A stretch of DNA of 64,000 nucleotides from a virus. Positions 1-9,654 of the stretch are shown here, one piece after another. Position 1 is the stretch's first letter. Every line of letters begins with the position of its first letter. Under the pieces are notes generated by a model. That model saw nothing but the letters and a program-made list of their open reading frames with translations. It did not search any database and had not been told where the DNA came from. Both the position numbers and the translations under genes were made by a program. Where the stretch lies: the IMG/VR virus record IMGVR_UViG_3300027736_000021. One strand, written 5' to 3'.

Positions 1-18
1 AAACCGGTGTCGTGTAAG

Positions 19-48
19 AAGAAGGACTTCGGTCCTTCTTTACTTTTT
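19..48 (+). terminator. Intrinsic terminator with C(UUCG)G loop after the upstream gene (probably gp19 tail tube, stop TAA at 15-17)
   Basis: AAGAAGGAC-TTCG-GTCCTTCTT followed by TACTTTTT. Confidence 0.8.
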
Positions 49-61
49 AGGATGATATAAT

Positions 62-1720
62 ATGGCTGTAACTCTTTTTGGCTTTACACTAGGTAAAAAG
101 GATATTGTTCAGGTTGAGAAACCTGAGCAAGCTTCTTTTTCGCTTCCAACCGAGACCATTGATGATGGTGCGGTTACTATTACTCAAAATGCTCACTATG
201 GTACATATGTTGACCTAGAGGGTTCTATTCGTAATGAGTTAGAGTTAATTACTCGTTATCGTGAAATGTCTAACCATCCAGAATGTGATATGGCAATTGA
301 TGAGATTGTCAATGAAGCTATTACACATGATACAGATGGCAAGGTTATGGATATCAATTTAGATAATCTAAAACAACCTGAATCAATTAAGAAAAAGATT
401 ATTGAAGAATTTAATAACATTCAAAAAATGTTAAACTTCAGTAATCTTGCCGATGACCTGTTCAAACGTTGGTATATTGATGGTCGTATTTACTATCATG
501 TAATTGTAAATGATACCGCACCAAAAGAAGGTATTCAAGAGCTTCGTTATATTGACCCACGCAAGATTCGTAAGGTGCGTGAGATTCAAAAAGACCGTGA
601 TTCAAAAACTGGTGCTCAGATTATTAAATCAATTGCTGAGTATTATATTTACAATGACCGTGGTGCGGCAACACAATCATTTACAGCATCTACAAACCAA
701 GGTCTAAGAATTGCGCCTGAGTCCATTATTAATGTAAACTCTGGTTTGATGGATGCAAAGAATACATTTGTAATTTCATATTTACATAAAGCAATTAAAG
801 CTCTCAATCAATTACGCATGATTGAAGATGCTGTTGTAATCTATCGTTTGTCACGAGCACCTGAGCGCCGTATATTTTATATTGATGTTGGTAATTTACC
901 AAAAGGTAAAGCCGAACAATATATGCGTTCTATTATGACACAGTATCGCAACAAGTTAGTATATGATGCTAACACAGGTGAAATTCGTGATGAGCGTAAA
1001 CATTTATCTATGTTAGAAGATTTTTGGTTACCACGCCGTGAAGGCGGTAAAGGTACTGAGATTACTACACTTCCTGCTGGTCAAAACCTTGGCCAAATGG
1101 AAGATGTTCAGTATTTTCAAAAGAAGTTATTGCAATCGTTGAATGTTCCAATTTCTCGCCTTGACCCACAACAAGGTGCAGGCATTATGGGTATTGGTAA
1201 AACAACTGAAGTAACTCGTGATGAAGTTAAATTTAATAAATTTATTAATCGTTTGCGTAATAAATTTTCTCGTATTTTTGATGATGCTTTGCGTGTTCAA
1301 TTAGCACTCAAAGGAATTTGTACCACAGAAGAATGGGACGAATTTAAAGAAGCCATCTATTACGACTATAAGAAAGATAATAACTTTGTTGAAATGCGTG
1401 AAGCAGAATTGATTCGTGAGCGTGTATTAACAGCAACACAGTTAGACCCATTTATTGGTAAGTATTACTCTAGTAAGTGGGTTAAGAAAAATGTGCTTCG
1501 TATGACAGATGAAGATATTGAAGAAATGGAGAAAGAAATTGAAGAAGAAAGCAGCCAACCCGTTCTTGCTGATGGCGAAGAAACCTCAGCCCAAGCAACC
1601 AACGCAGACGCAACAAGTCAAGCCGAGGACAACACTCAGGAAAGCAGCGGCACGGAGTCGTTAACTCCTCAGTTGGATGATGCGGTAAATAAGTATGCTT
1701 TTAATATAAATAGGAAATAA
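62..1720 (+). CDS. gp20: Portal protein (T4 gp20-like)
   Basis: WYIDGR, YRLSRAPERRIFYIDVGNLPK and EDFWLPRREGGKGTEITTLP motifs; first gene of the head module. Confidence 0.97.
   Translation: MAVTLFGFTLGKKDIVQVEKPEQASFSLPTETIDDGAVTITQNAHYGTYVDLEGSIRNELELITRYREMSNHPECDMAIDEIVNEAITHDTDGKVMDINLDNLKQPESIKKKIIEEFNNIQKMLNFSNLADDLFKRWYIDGRIYYHVIVNDTAPKEGIQELRYIDPRKIRKVREIQKDRDSKTGAQIIKSIAEYYIYNDRGAATQSFTASTNQGLRIAPESIINVNSGLMDAKNTFVISYLHKAIKALNQLRMIEDAVVIYRLSRAPERRIFYIDVGNLPKGKAEQYMRSIMTQYRNKLVYDANTGEIRDERKHLSMLEDFWLPRREGGKGTEITTLPAGQNLGQMEDVQYFQKKLLQSLNVPISRLDPQQGAGIMGIGKTTEVTRDEVKFNKFINRLRNKFSRIFDDALRVQLALKGICTTEEWDEFKEAIYYDYKKDNNFVEMREAELIRERVLTATQLDPFIGKYYSSKWVKKNVLRMTDEDIEEMEKEIEEESSQPVLADGEETSAQATNADATSQAEDNTQESSGTESLTPQLDDAVNKYAFNINRK
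1705..1712 (+). promoter_or_regulatory. T4-type late promoter TATAAATA
   Basis: Exact consensus upstream of the prohead core genes; gp55 is encoded in the window. Confidence 0.8.
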
Positions 1721-1731
1721 TGGAGAATACT

Positions 1732-1929
1732 ATGACAACAGAAACATTTATTAATCAGTTAGCTTCTGGACAAGCTGCTGATGCAAAAGAAACATTAGCA
1801 GATTTATTGTCTGCTCGTGCCTTTGAAGCATTAGATGCCCGTAAGCAAGAAATCTCAACAGCATTATTTGGTGGTCAACAAGAAGTTGAAGTGCAAGATA
1901 CTGCGGACACACCAATAGAACAAGAATGA
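1732..1929 (+). CDS. gp67: Small acidic prohead core protein (gp67-like)
   Basis: Directly after the portal, small and acidic; SD GGAG at 1722-1725 favours ATG 1732 over 1720. Confidence 0.65.
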   Translation: MTTETFINQLASGQAADAKETLADLLSARAFEALDARKQEISTALFGGQQEVEVQDTADTPIEQE

Positions 1930-2717
1930 AATCATTAGAAGATTTTAAAAACATTCTATTAGAAGAAGAAAAATCAGACTATTCAAAGTTTGATATGTTG
2001 GTTCGTGCTGGTCTTGCCAATAAGGCACAGATACAGCGTATTCACAAAATCTTAGATAAGATGGGTGAAGAAAAACCAAACTTTAGTCCTGCTGATAGAA
2101 TGATTGTTCAAAATCTATTCAATAAAATGGTAGATTTGATTAGCAATAATAAACAAATTTTTCAACAAACTCGCCGAGCAGTAAGAGAAGATATTGTTGA
2201 TACTTCTGATTATAAGATTGATAAAACTGGTCGAAAGTATAAAGCTCACCGAATTAAACTTGGTGATACTACACCAGCAGTAGCAGACGGAACAGTTGAA
2301 TTAGCAAAAGAAGAAGTGGTGCAGTTAACAGAAGCACAAGACCCTCCTTTTGTATTGGTATTAAAACGTAAAGCAATTCGTTTATATCCTGATGGTACTA
2401 AAATTGCTTTGTATCATAATGACCGATTGGATAAAGATTTTGCTGTACCTTATTCAACATCTTCTCAACCTGTTATTCAGGCTGAAGCAGCTGATGCAAT
2501 GGGTCAACTACAAAAGATTAAAGATAGTCATAGTCATGGCACAGTAAACCATAAAGATGGTTCTGCCAGTAAGGTTGATGTTCAAACTGCTCATGCCGTA
2601 TTAATGGTACATAAGAGTTTGAATGATGAAAATAAAACCAAGTTTGCTGACATGGTAGCAAGGTCATCACACCATATGCAAAAAGCAGCCAACTTTGCTA
2701 TTAGTAAAATGAAATGA
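1926..2717 (+). CDS. Hypothetical protein, probable head-internal protein
   Basis: 263 aa ORF inside the head operon; N-terminus MKSLEDFKNILLEE resembles a capsid-targeting sequence. Confidence 0.55.
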   Translation: MKSLEDFKNILLEEEKSDYSKFDMLVRAGLANKAQIQRIHKILDKMGEEKPNFSPADRMIVQNLFNKMVDLISNNKQIFQQTRRAVREDIVDTSDYKIDKTGRKYKAHRIKLGDTTPAVADGTVELAKEEVVQLTEAQDPPFVLVLKRKAIRLYPDGTKIALYHNDRLDKDFAVPYSTSSQPVIQAEAADAMGQLQKIKDSHSHGTVNHKDGSASKVDVQTAHAVLMVHKSLNDENKTKFADMVARSSHHMQKAANFAISKMK

Positions 2718-3154
2718 GCTTTGTTGACCTTATTGGAAAAAACAAACTTATTGAGGCCAAAGAATTTTTATTCAATCGCCTTGATGAGATAGCTGCTAAT
2801 TATTTGGCAGAAGAAAGAGAAATTATAGGTAGAAATACTTATGTTGAAGTAGAAGAACAATTAGATGAAGCTTCAACGAATGTAATTAAAATGGGTCGAG
2901 TCAAAAAGATTCGCCGCCGTATTCGTAGAAATGCACAAGGCAGAATTATTGTTCAAAAGAACATAAGAAAATCTGCAATAAAAGGATTTAGAATATCAGG
3001 TAATACAGTTAAAAGAATACCTGCTATTGAAAGAATACAAAAAGCAAGAAAACTAAAAAGGTACTGGAAGACAAAAGGTAAAGCAAAATTGCGTAGAACA
3101 TTACTTAAAAGAAAAATGTCTATCAGACGCCGCACATCCATGGGAATAAAATAA
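2714..3154 (+). CDS. gp68: Prohead core protein (gp68-like)
   Basis: Acidic N-half, very basic C-half ending KRKMSIRRRTSMGIK; syntenic before gp21. Confidence 0.75.
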   Translation: MSFVDLIGKNKLIEAKEFLFNRLDEIAANYLAEEREIIGRNTYVEVEEQLDEASTNVIKMGRVKKIRRRIRRNAQGRIIVQKNIRKSAIKGFRISGNTVKRIPAIERIQKARKLKRYWKTKGKAKLRRTLLKRKMSIRRRTSMGIK

Positions 3155-3155
3155 A

Positions 3156-3506
3156 ATGCCAATAGAAATTTCAAATACATTAAGGTCAGATTCGATTGTT
3201 CGTGTTGAGGGCACTGGTACTTACTATGCTAATCTTATTTCTTTAGCAGCTAATAGTAATGAAGTTGTTAGTGCTGCTGACATCAAACGGATTAACTGGT
3301 CAACAAACGGTAACATTACTATTGTTCGCAATGGCAATGTAATTGGTACATTCCACAATGCAGGTGAAATTAGATTTGATGAGTGGGCATATTCAATTGC
3401 CAATAACAACACATCTAACGTAGTCATTACAGTTACAACTGGCGGAACATTATTTTTAGAATTAAATAAAACTGCTGCTTACACAACACCATTAACAGGA
3501 ATGTAA
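3156..3506 (+). CDS. Hypothetical beta-rich virion protein
   Basis: 116 aa, Asn/Thr/Ile-rich, tightly packed in the head operon. Confidence 0.5.
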   Translation: MPIEISNTLRSDSIVRVEGTGTYYANLISLAANSNEVVSAADIKRINWSTNGNITIVRNGNVIGTFHNAGEIRFDEWAYSIANNNTSNVVITVTTGGTLFLELNKTAAYTTPLTGM

Positions 3507-3507
3507 T

Positions 3508-4158
3508 ATGAAGCTTATTACAGAAAGAATAGAACAAGTTCAGTATATTACTGAAGCTAGTGAAAATGGCAAAAAGAATCTGTATATTACCGGTCCTTTT
3601 TTAGTTTACGACAAACCAAATAAAAACAACCGACTTTATACCAAAGATACATTGTCTAAAGAAGTTGGTCGTTACAATGAGGAGTTTGTCAAAACGAATC
3701 GTGCCTTAGGTGAATTAGGTCATCCTGATACCCCATCTATTAACTTAGAGCGTGTATCACATAAGATTGTTTCACTTGAGGACAATGGTGAGGCATTCAT
3801 TGGTAAAGCGATGATTTTAGAAACACCCTACGGTCAGATTGTTAAAAACTTTATTGATTCCGGTGTTAACCTTGGAGTATCTTCTCGTGGCATGGGTTCA
3901 CTCACGCAAACAAAAGAGGGTTACAACTTGGTTCAAGATGATTTCAAATTGGCAACGGCAGCTGATATCGTAGCAGATCCATCTGCTCCAGGTGCATTTG
4001 TTAATGGAATTATGGAAAACAAAGAGTGGTTATTTGTTGATGGTCGTTTCGTAGAGGCCGACATTGATTCAGCAAAAAGACAGATTAGACAAGCATCACG
4101 CAAAGACATAGAACAGGTTGCCTTAACCTTGTTTGAAAACTTTATCCGAAAACTTTAA
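3508..4158 (+). CDS. gp21: Prohead protease (gp21)
   Basis: ALGELGHP, GVSSRGMGS and DIVADPSAP motifs. Confidence 0.96.
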   Translation: MKLITERIEQVQYITEASENGKKNLYITGPFLVYDKPNKNNRLYTKDTLSKEVGRYNEEFVKTNRALGELGHPDTPSINLERVSHKIVSLEDNGEAFIGKAMILETPYGQIVKNFIDSGVNLGVSSRGMGSLTQTKEGYNLVQDDFKLATAADIVADPSAPGAFVNGIMENKEWLFVDGRFVEADIDSAKRQIRQASRKDIEQVALTLFENFIRKL

Positions 4159-4161
4159 TTT

Positions 4162-4169
4162 TATAAATA
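4162..4169 (+). promoter_or_regulatory. T4-type late promoter TATAAATA
   Basis: Exact consensus upstream of gp22, with SD AAGGAG downstream. Confidence 0.85.
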
Positions 4170-4191
4170 GAAAATCATAAGGAGATTCCTA

Positions 4192-5223
4192 ATGGCATCA
4201 AACAAATTATTTGAGGCAGCCGCAGAAATTCTTGCACAAAGCAAGGGTGCTGCACCAGCTATGCCTACACAAAAACTAGATGGTGAAACTGTCGATTTAG
4301 GTGGCCCAACACCTCAAGACAGCAAGCCAACTGACGATTCTAATAAAATCGACACAACAAAAAGCGCTAAGTCTGCAACTGCTCCAACAACGAAGCCATC
4401 TGCAGCTTCTGCCAAAATGGAAGAAACAGAGTCCGAAGAAGAAATCATTGCTGAAAAAATGCATGATGACGAAAAGAAAGAAATGATGAAGAAGAAAATG
4501 AAAGAGGACATTGATGCCCTTTTTGCTGACGATTCTACCATTTCTGAAGAATTCAAATCTAAAGTTTCTACAATTTTTGAAGCTCGTGTCCAAGACCGTG
4601 TTGCACAAATTGAAGAAGAAACTGAAGAGCGTTATGCTGGTATGCTTGAAGAGGCAGTTGAATCTATCAAGCAAGATTTGACAGAGAAAGTTGATGACTA
4701 TCTATCTTACATTGTTGAGCAATGGATGGAAGAAAATCAAATCGCTATTGAATCTGGTCTCCGTTCCGAAATGACCGAAGATTTTATTGCCGGTTTACGC
4801 AACCTATTTGCTGAGCACTATATTGATGTGCCTGCAGAAAAAGTCGACCTCGTTGATGAGTTGGCTGGTAAAGTTGAAGAACTTGAAACCAAACTCAATG
4901 AAGAAATCGAGCGTGGAGTTAGCTTTGCTAAAGCATTAGTTGAATCCCGCAAAAAAGAAATTGCTGGTGAAGTATGTGAAGGTCTCATTGCAACTCAAGT
5001 TGAAAAAATTAAATCACTCGCAGAGAGTGTTGAATTCTCCACAGAGGACGAATACAAAGAGAAACTTGAAACCATTCGTGAGAACTATTTTCCATCTGGC
5101 ATTAAAAAAGCTAGTGAATCACAACTTCAAGAAGAAGTAACTGATGGCTCAGAGAAGCAAGTCGTTTCTAACGACCCTTATGTTGCCGCAGTTGCAAACG
5201 CAATTTCTAAAACTAAAATTTAA
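4192..5223 (+). CDS. gp22: Prohead scaffold protein (gp22)
   Basis: Acidic coiled coil with KVDDYLSYIVEQWMEEN; lies between gp21 and gp23. Confidence 0.92.
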   Translation: MASNKLFEAAAEILAQSKGAAPAMPTQKLDGETVDLGGPTPQDSKPTDDSNKIDTTKSAKSATAPTTKPSAASAKMEETESEEEIIAEKMHDDEKKEMMKKKMKEDIDALFADDSTISEEFKSKVSTIFEARVQDRVAQIEEETEERYAGMLEEAVESIKQDLTEKVDDYLSYIVEQWMEENQIAIESGLRSEMTEDFIAGLRNLFAEHYIDVPAEKVDLVDELAGKVEELETKLNEEIERGVSFAKALVESRKKEIAGEVCEGLIATQVEKIKSLAESVEFSTEDEYKEKLETIRENYFPSGIKKASESQLQEEVTDGSEKQVVSNDPYVAAVANAISKTKI

Positions 5224-5245
5224 TTAAACTCTAAGGAGAAACTCA

Positions 5246-6592
5246 ATGTATTTGTCCGAACAATTACAAAAGAAATGGGAAGGCGTTCTGGATCATCCAG
5301 ATATGCCAGCTATTAAAGACCCATATCGTAAAGCAGTAACAGCCGTTGTTCTTGAAAATCAAGTTCAAGAAATGGCTAAATCTGGTAGCATCCTTCAAGA
5401 AGCTGGTCCCCCAACAAACTTTGCTGGTACAGGCGGTTTCGGTGGTAGTGCAGCTGCTGGCGGCCCTGTTGCCGGTTTTGATCCAATCTTAATCAGTTTG
5501 GTTCGCCGTTCGTTGCCTAACCTCATCGCTTATGATATTTGCGGTGTTCAACCAATGACTGGTCCTACTGGCTTAATTTTTGCTATGCGTACCAAGTATT
5601 CATCACAAGGTGGTACAGAGGCATTCTTCAACGAAGCCAACACAGGTTTCGCTGGTGCAAACGGTGGCGGCGCTCAAATCGCTCTTACTGTTCCTACTGA
5701 TACTGCTGCTAACAACACATTTGCTGGTAACGCTGCTGCAATCGCTGCTATGACCACAGGTAGTGCTGAAGCTTTAGGTGATGGCGCATCTGGTAATACA
5801 TTCCAAGAAATGGCATTCTCTATTGAGAAAGTTACTGTAACTGCAAAGACTCGTGCTTTGAAGGCAGAATACTCATTAGAACTTGCTCAAGACTTGAAAG
5901 CAGTTCATGGTTTAGATGCAGAAACAGAATTAGCAAACATTCTCTCAACAGAGATTCTTGCTGAAATTAACCGTGAAGTTATCCGCACAATCTATGGTGT
6001 TGCTAAGTTGGGTGCTCAAGTTGGTACAACAACTGCTGGTACATTTAACCTCGACACAGATTCCAACGGTCGTTGGATGGTTGAGAAGATTAAAGGTTTG
6101 GCATTCCAAATCGAGCGTGAAGCTAATACAATTGCCAAGACAACTCGCCGTGGCAAAGGTAATGTTTTAATCTGCTCTTCTGACGTTGCATCTGCATTTG
6201 CAATGGCAGGTTTGTTAGATTATAACTCTGCTTTACAATCGCAAGTTAACCTCACAGTTGACGATACAGGTAACACATTTGCTGGTACAATGTTTGGTCG
6301 TATCAAGGTTTACATCGACCCATATTTTGCCACAAGTTCTACCAATGAGTTTGCTGTTGTTGGTTACAAAGGTACAAACGCCTATGACGCTGGTATTTTC
6401 TACTGCCCATACGTTCCATTGCAAATGGTTCGTGCAGTTGATACTGGCACCTTCCAGCCAAAGATTGGTTTCAAGACCCGTTACGGTCTCGTTGCCAACC
6501 CATTTGCAGAAGGTACATCACAAGGCCTTGGCGCATTGACTGTTCAATCCAACAACTACTACCGTGGTTTCAGGATTTCCAACTTGATGTAA
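5246..6592 (+). CDS. gp23: Major capsid protein (gp23)
   Basis: GVQPMTGPTGLIFAMR, RALKAEYSLELAQDLKAVHGLDAE and YCPYVPL motifs. Confidence 0.98.
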   Translation: MYLSEQLQKKWEGVLDHPDMPAIKDPYRKAVTAVVLENQVQEMAKSGSILQEAGPPTNFAGTGGFGGSAAAGGPVAGFDPILISLVRRSLPNLIAYDICGVQPMTGPTGLIFAMRTKYSSQGGTEAFFNEANTGFAGANGGGAQIALTVPTDTAANNTFAGNAAAIAAMTTGSAEALGDGASGNTFQEMAFSIEKVTVTAKTRALKAEYSLELAQDLKAVHGLDAETELANILSTEILAEINREVIRTIYGVAKLGAQVGTTTAGTFNLDTDSNGRWMVEKIKGLAFQIEREANTIAKTTRRGKGNVLICSSDVASAFAMAGLLDYNSALQSQVNLTVDDTGNTFAGTMFGRIKVYIDPYFATSSTNEFAVVGYKGTNAYDAGIFYCPYVPLQMVRAVDTGTFQPKIGFKTRYGLVANPFAEGTSQGLGALTVQSNNYYRGFRISNLM

Positions 6593-6620
6593 TTAAAAAC
6601 TCCAACAAGAGAGTTCTTAG

Positions 6621-6649
6621 AGAGACCACTTCGGTGGTCTCTTTTTTTT
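6621..6649 (+). terminator. Intrinsic terminator with C(UUCG)G loop
   Basis: AGAGACCAC-TTCG-GTGGTCTCT followed by a T run. Confidence 0.92.
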
Positions 6650-6653
6650 GGCG

Positions 6654-6661
6654 TATAAATA
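6654..6661 (+). promoter_or_regulatory. T4-type late promoter TATAAATA
   Basis: Exact consensus 5 nt before ATG 6667. Confidence 0.85.
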
Positions 6662-6666
6662 GTAGT

Positions 6667-7218
6667 ATGACAGCAATTACAAGAAACCCAGCCAATCCAA
6701 ATTATCTACACCCTAATAAGTTTCAATTAAACTTTGGTAGGGCATCTAATGTTCAATACTTTTGCCAGTCTGTAAGTGTGCCTGGCATCTCCATGTCTGA
6801 AGTTCTACAAACTACTCCATTTGTTGACTTGTATAGACCTGGTGAAAAAGCCATTTACGATTTATTAAATGTTACCTTTATTGTTGATGAACAATTAAAA
6901 GCATGGTTAGAAATACACGATTGGATCCGTGCTATGACTTTTCCAACCAATTTCAAAGAATACCAAAATTTAGGCCTATTAAGTAAACAAGCTGGTATAA
7001 GGCAAGAATTAGGAATTGGTCCCCAATATTCTGACGCTACATTAACCGTGTTATCAACGGCAAATAATCCAACTCACCGATTTAAATTTTATGAAGTATT
7101 CCCTACAACACTATCCACATTTGTAATGTCGGCATCTGATACACCAGACAGTATCATTACTGCCGATGCCACATTCAGATATTCCTATTATGATGTTGAC
7201 ATAGTATCACAAAACTGA
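6667..7218 (+). CDS. gp3: Tail completion / sheath stabilizer (gp3-like)
   Basis: YFCQSVSVPGIS, FIVDE..W.EIHDW and FYEVFPTTLS; typical position after gp23. Start moved to 6667 because the ORF-track start lies inside the terminator. Confidence 0.85.
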   Translation: MTAITRNPANPNYLHPNKFQLNFGRASNVQYFCQSVSVPGISMSEVLQTTPFVDLYRPGEKAIYDLLNVTFIVDEQLKAWLEIHDWIRAMTFPTNFKEYQNLGLLSKQAGIRQELGIGPQYSDATLTVLSTANNPTHRFKFYEVFPTTLSTFVMSASDTPDSIITADATFRYSYYDVDIVSQN

Positions 7219-7224
7219 TATACT
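7196..7224 (+). promoter_or_regulatory. Sigma70-type promoter for uvsY-uvsW
   Basis: TTGACA-17 nt-TATACT with extended -10 TG. Confidence 0.7.
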
Positions 7225-7243
7225 CCTATAAGGAGGCTTTATT

Positions 7244-7678
7244 ATGAACAAACTTGACGAGGTATTAGAATTGTGGGCAAAAGATTCTGTTATTGATAGA
7301 ACAGAACCAGGCAAAGAACTCACAAACATTCCACAATTACATAGTAAGTATTTGAATATACTTTCACGGCATCGCCTATTGGCAAAAGAAGCCGAGTTTA
7401 AGTATAACAGATTGAAACGAATTAAATGGGAATATTATACAGGTAAACTAGATGATGATACTCTTAGACAATATGGATGGGAGCCATTTCCATTTGTATT
7501 GAAATCTGAAATCAATACCTACTTTGAAAGTGATGATGACTTAAACAAATTAGTGGCATCAAAAATGATACATGATGAGATTGTAGATGCCTGTCAAAGT
7601 ATTCTTAAAGAATTGAATAGTAGAACCTATCAGTTGAGAGATTTTATAGCATGGGAACGGTTCATACAAGGAATTTAA
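7244..7678 (+). CDS. uvsY: Recombination mediator UvsY
   Basis: IPQLHSKYL and WEYYTGK; adjacent to uvsW. Confidence 0.9.
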   Translation: MNKLDEVLELWAKDSVIDRTEPGKELTNIPQLHSKYLNILSRHRLLAKEAEFKYNRLKRIKWEYYTGKLDDDTLRQYGWEPFPFVLKSEINTYFESDDDLNKLVASKMIHDEIVDACQSILKELNSRTYQLRDFIAWERFIQGI

Positions 7679-9142
7679 TTGGATATTAGACTAGAGAAAG
7701 TCAATGAAGCTTTTATTCGTGTTCACTCAGAAAGAAACATAGCTCAAGAACTTTCAGATTACTTTACTTTTTTTGTACCAGGTTACCAATTTACACCTGC
7801 ATACAAAGCACGATATTGGGATGGAAAGATACGCCTATTGGACTTACGAACAATGGGTTTGTATCATGGCCTTGTTCCTTATATTCAAAAGTTTGCTGAA
7901 GAAAGGCAATATCAAGTAGAGATTGATTCAGAGGTAACTGCTACTGAAAATTTCTCAATCAAAGAAGCCAAAGATTTTATTGAAACACTTAATCTTCCAC
8001 ATGAAGTGCGAGATTACCAATTAAATTCTTTTGTTCATGCAATACGAAACAAACGAATACTTCTATTATCTCCTACGGCATCAGGTAAATCTCTTATTCT
8101 TTATTTGATACTCCGTCAAATACAAGATGCTAACCATAAAAAAGGTCTATTAATTGTTCCAACTACATCATTGGTTGAACAAATGTATAAAGACTTTCAA
8201 GATTATGGATACGATTCAGATAAACATTGTCACCGACAGTATGCAGGTAAAGACAAGGTCACAGATAAGTTTTTAACCATTACTACATGGCAATCTATCT
8301 ACAAAAACCCACCAGAGTATTTTGAACAATATGATTTTGTTCTTGGTGATGAAGCACATCAATTCAAAGCTAAATCACTTACAACAATTATGTCTGGCAC
8401 AATTAATGCCAAGTATCGTATTGGTTGCACAGGTACATTAGATGGTACTCAGACACATCGCCTTGTATTAGAAGGTCTATTTGGTCCTGTTTATAGAGCC
8501 ACTTCTACCGCAGAGTTAATTCAAAATAAACAATTAGCAGATTTCAAAATCAAATGCCTTATATTAAAGTATCCTGATTCTGTTTGTAAAATGGCTCGTG
8601 ATTGGGACTACAATACAGAAGTTGAATATATAGTTATGAGCGCTGCTAGAAATGAATTCATTAAAAATCTAGCACTATCTTTAGAAGGTAATTCTCTTAT
8701 TCTTTTCCAGTTTGTAGAAAAACATGGCAGAGATTTACATTCAATTATCAAAGAACAAGCAAAGAATCGCCAGGTATTCTTTGTTTACGGAGGAACAGAT
8801 GTTGAAGTCCGTGAATCAATTCGTGCTATTACTGAAAAAGAAAAAGACGCTATTATTGTGGCATCTTATGGCACTTTCTCTACTGGTATTAACATTCGCA
8901 ATCTACACAATATCATCTTTGCAAGTCCTTCTAAATCAAGGATTCGTAATTTGCAATCTATCGGTAGAGGTTTACGGATAGGTGATGATAAAACTGAAGC
9001 CACATTATTTGATATCTCTGATGATTTCCGTATAGGCAAATTTACCAATTACACCTTGAAACATTTCGTAGAACGTGTTAAAATATACGATGATGAAAAA
9101 TTCAATTACAAGTTTTATAACATAGACCTAAAAAATGGATAA
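7679..9142 (+). CDS. uvsW: SF2 helicase UvsW
   Basis: WDGKIRL, SPTASGKS, DEAH and QSIGRGLR; TTG start. Confidence 0.96.
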   Translation: MDIRLEKVNEAFIRVHSERNIAQELSDYFTFFVPGYQFTPAYKARYWDGKIRLLDLRTMGLYHGLVPYIQKFAEERQYQVEIDSEVTATENFSIKEAKDFIETLNLPHEVRDYQLNSFVHAIRNKRILLLSPTASGKSLILYLILRQIQDANHKKGLLIVPTTSLVEQMYKDFQDYGYDSDKHCHRQYAGKDKVTDKFLTITTWQSIYKNPPEYFEQYDFVLGDEAHQFKAKSLTTIMSGTINAKYRIGCTGTLDGTQTHRLVLEGLFGPVYRATSTAELIQNKQLADFKIKCLILKYPDSVCKMARDWDYNTEVEYIVMSAARNEFIKNLALSLEGNSLILFQFVEKHGRDLHSIIKEQAKNRQVFFVYGGTDVEVRESIRAITEKEKDAIIVASYGTFSTGINIRNLHNIIFASPSKSRIRNLQSIGRGLRIGDDKTEATLFDISDDFRIGKFTNYTLKHFVERVKIYDDEKFNYKFYNIDLKNG

Positions 9143-9551
9143 TATAAAAATAGTAAGACTGCAATCAGGTGAAGATGTTATAGCAAATTATACTGATGAT
9201 GAAGAAGGTTCAATTACCTTAACTAACCCAATGTCTTTGATGTTCAAAAGAATGCCAACAGGCAGAGCTGTAATGATGATGAGTCCTTGGTTACCTTTAG
9301 AATTAGTTGAAGATAATGTTGCTTGCATATATGCTCAAGACATTCTTTCCGTATTTCAACCAAAACAATCAATCATTGATTATTATAATACAACGGTAAC
9401 AGAGGTTGAAGAAGATAGGCAGAATGAAGAAATGAATGAACTGCATGACCTTGAAGAAGATGATTTGGAAATGTCAGTAGAGGAAGAACAAGAGGCTATG
9501 GAAGAATTAAACCTGATTCGTCAGGACATTAAGAAGAAGCTTTTACACTAA
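9135..9551 (+). CDS. Conserved T4-like hypothetical protein (Sm-like N-terminus, acidic tail)
   Basis: IKIVRLQSGEDVIA...PWLP pattern; usual position between uvsW and gp55. Confidence 0.65.
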   Translation: MDNIKIVRLQSGEDVIANYTDDEEGSITLTNPMSLMFKRMPTGRAVMMMSPWLPLELVEDNVACIYAQDILSVFQPKQSIIDYYNTTVTEVEEDRQNEEMNELHDLEEDDLEMSVEEEQEAMEELNLIRQDIKKKLLH

Positions 9552-9654
9552 ACTTGCAAACGGAACACCGCTACTATAACATTGTCAAGCGATAAATGAG
9601 GCAAATGTAGCATAAGAATGGTGCTTTTTCTGGAAAGTATGATATAATGATTGT

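Noticed and set aside
9616-9648. T4 MotA box (TGCTT) upstream of 9655
   Set aside because: Spacing to the -10 is longer than in MotA promoters, and no motA or asiA gene is in the window.
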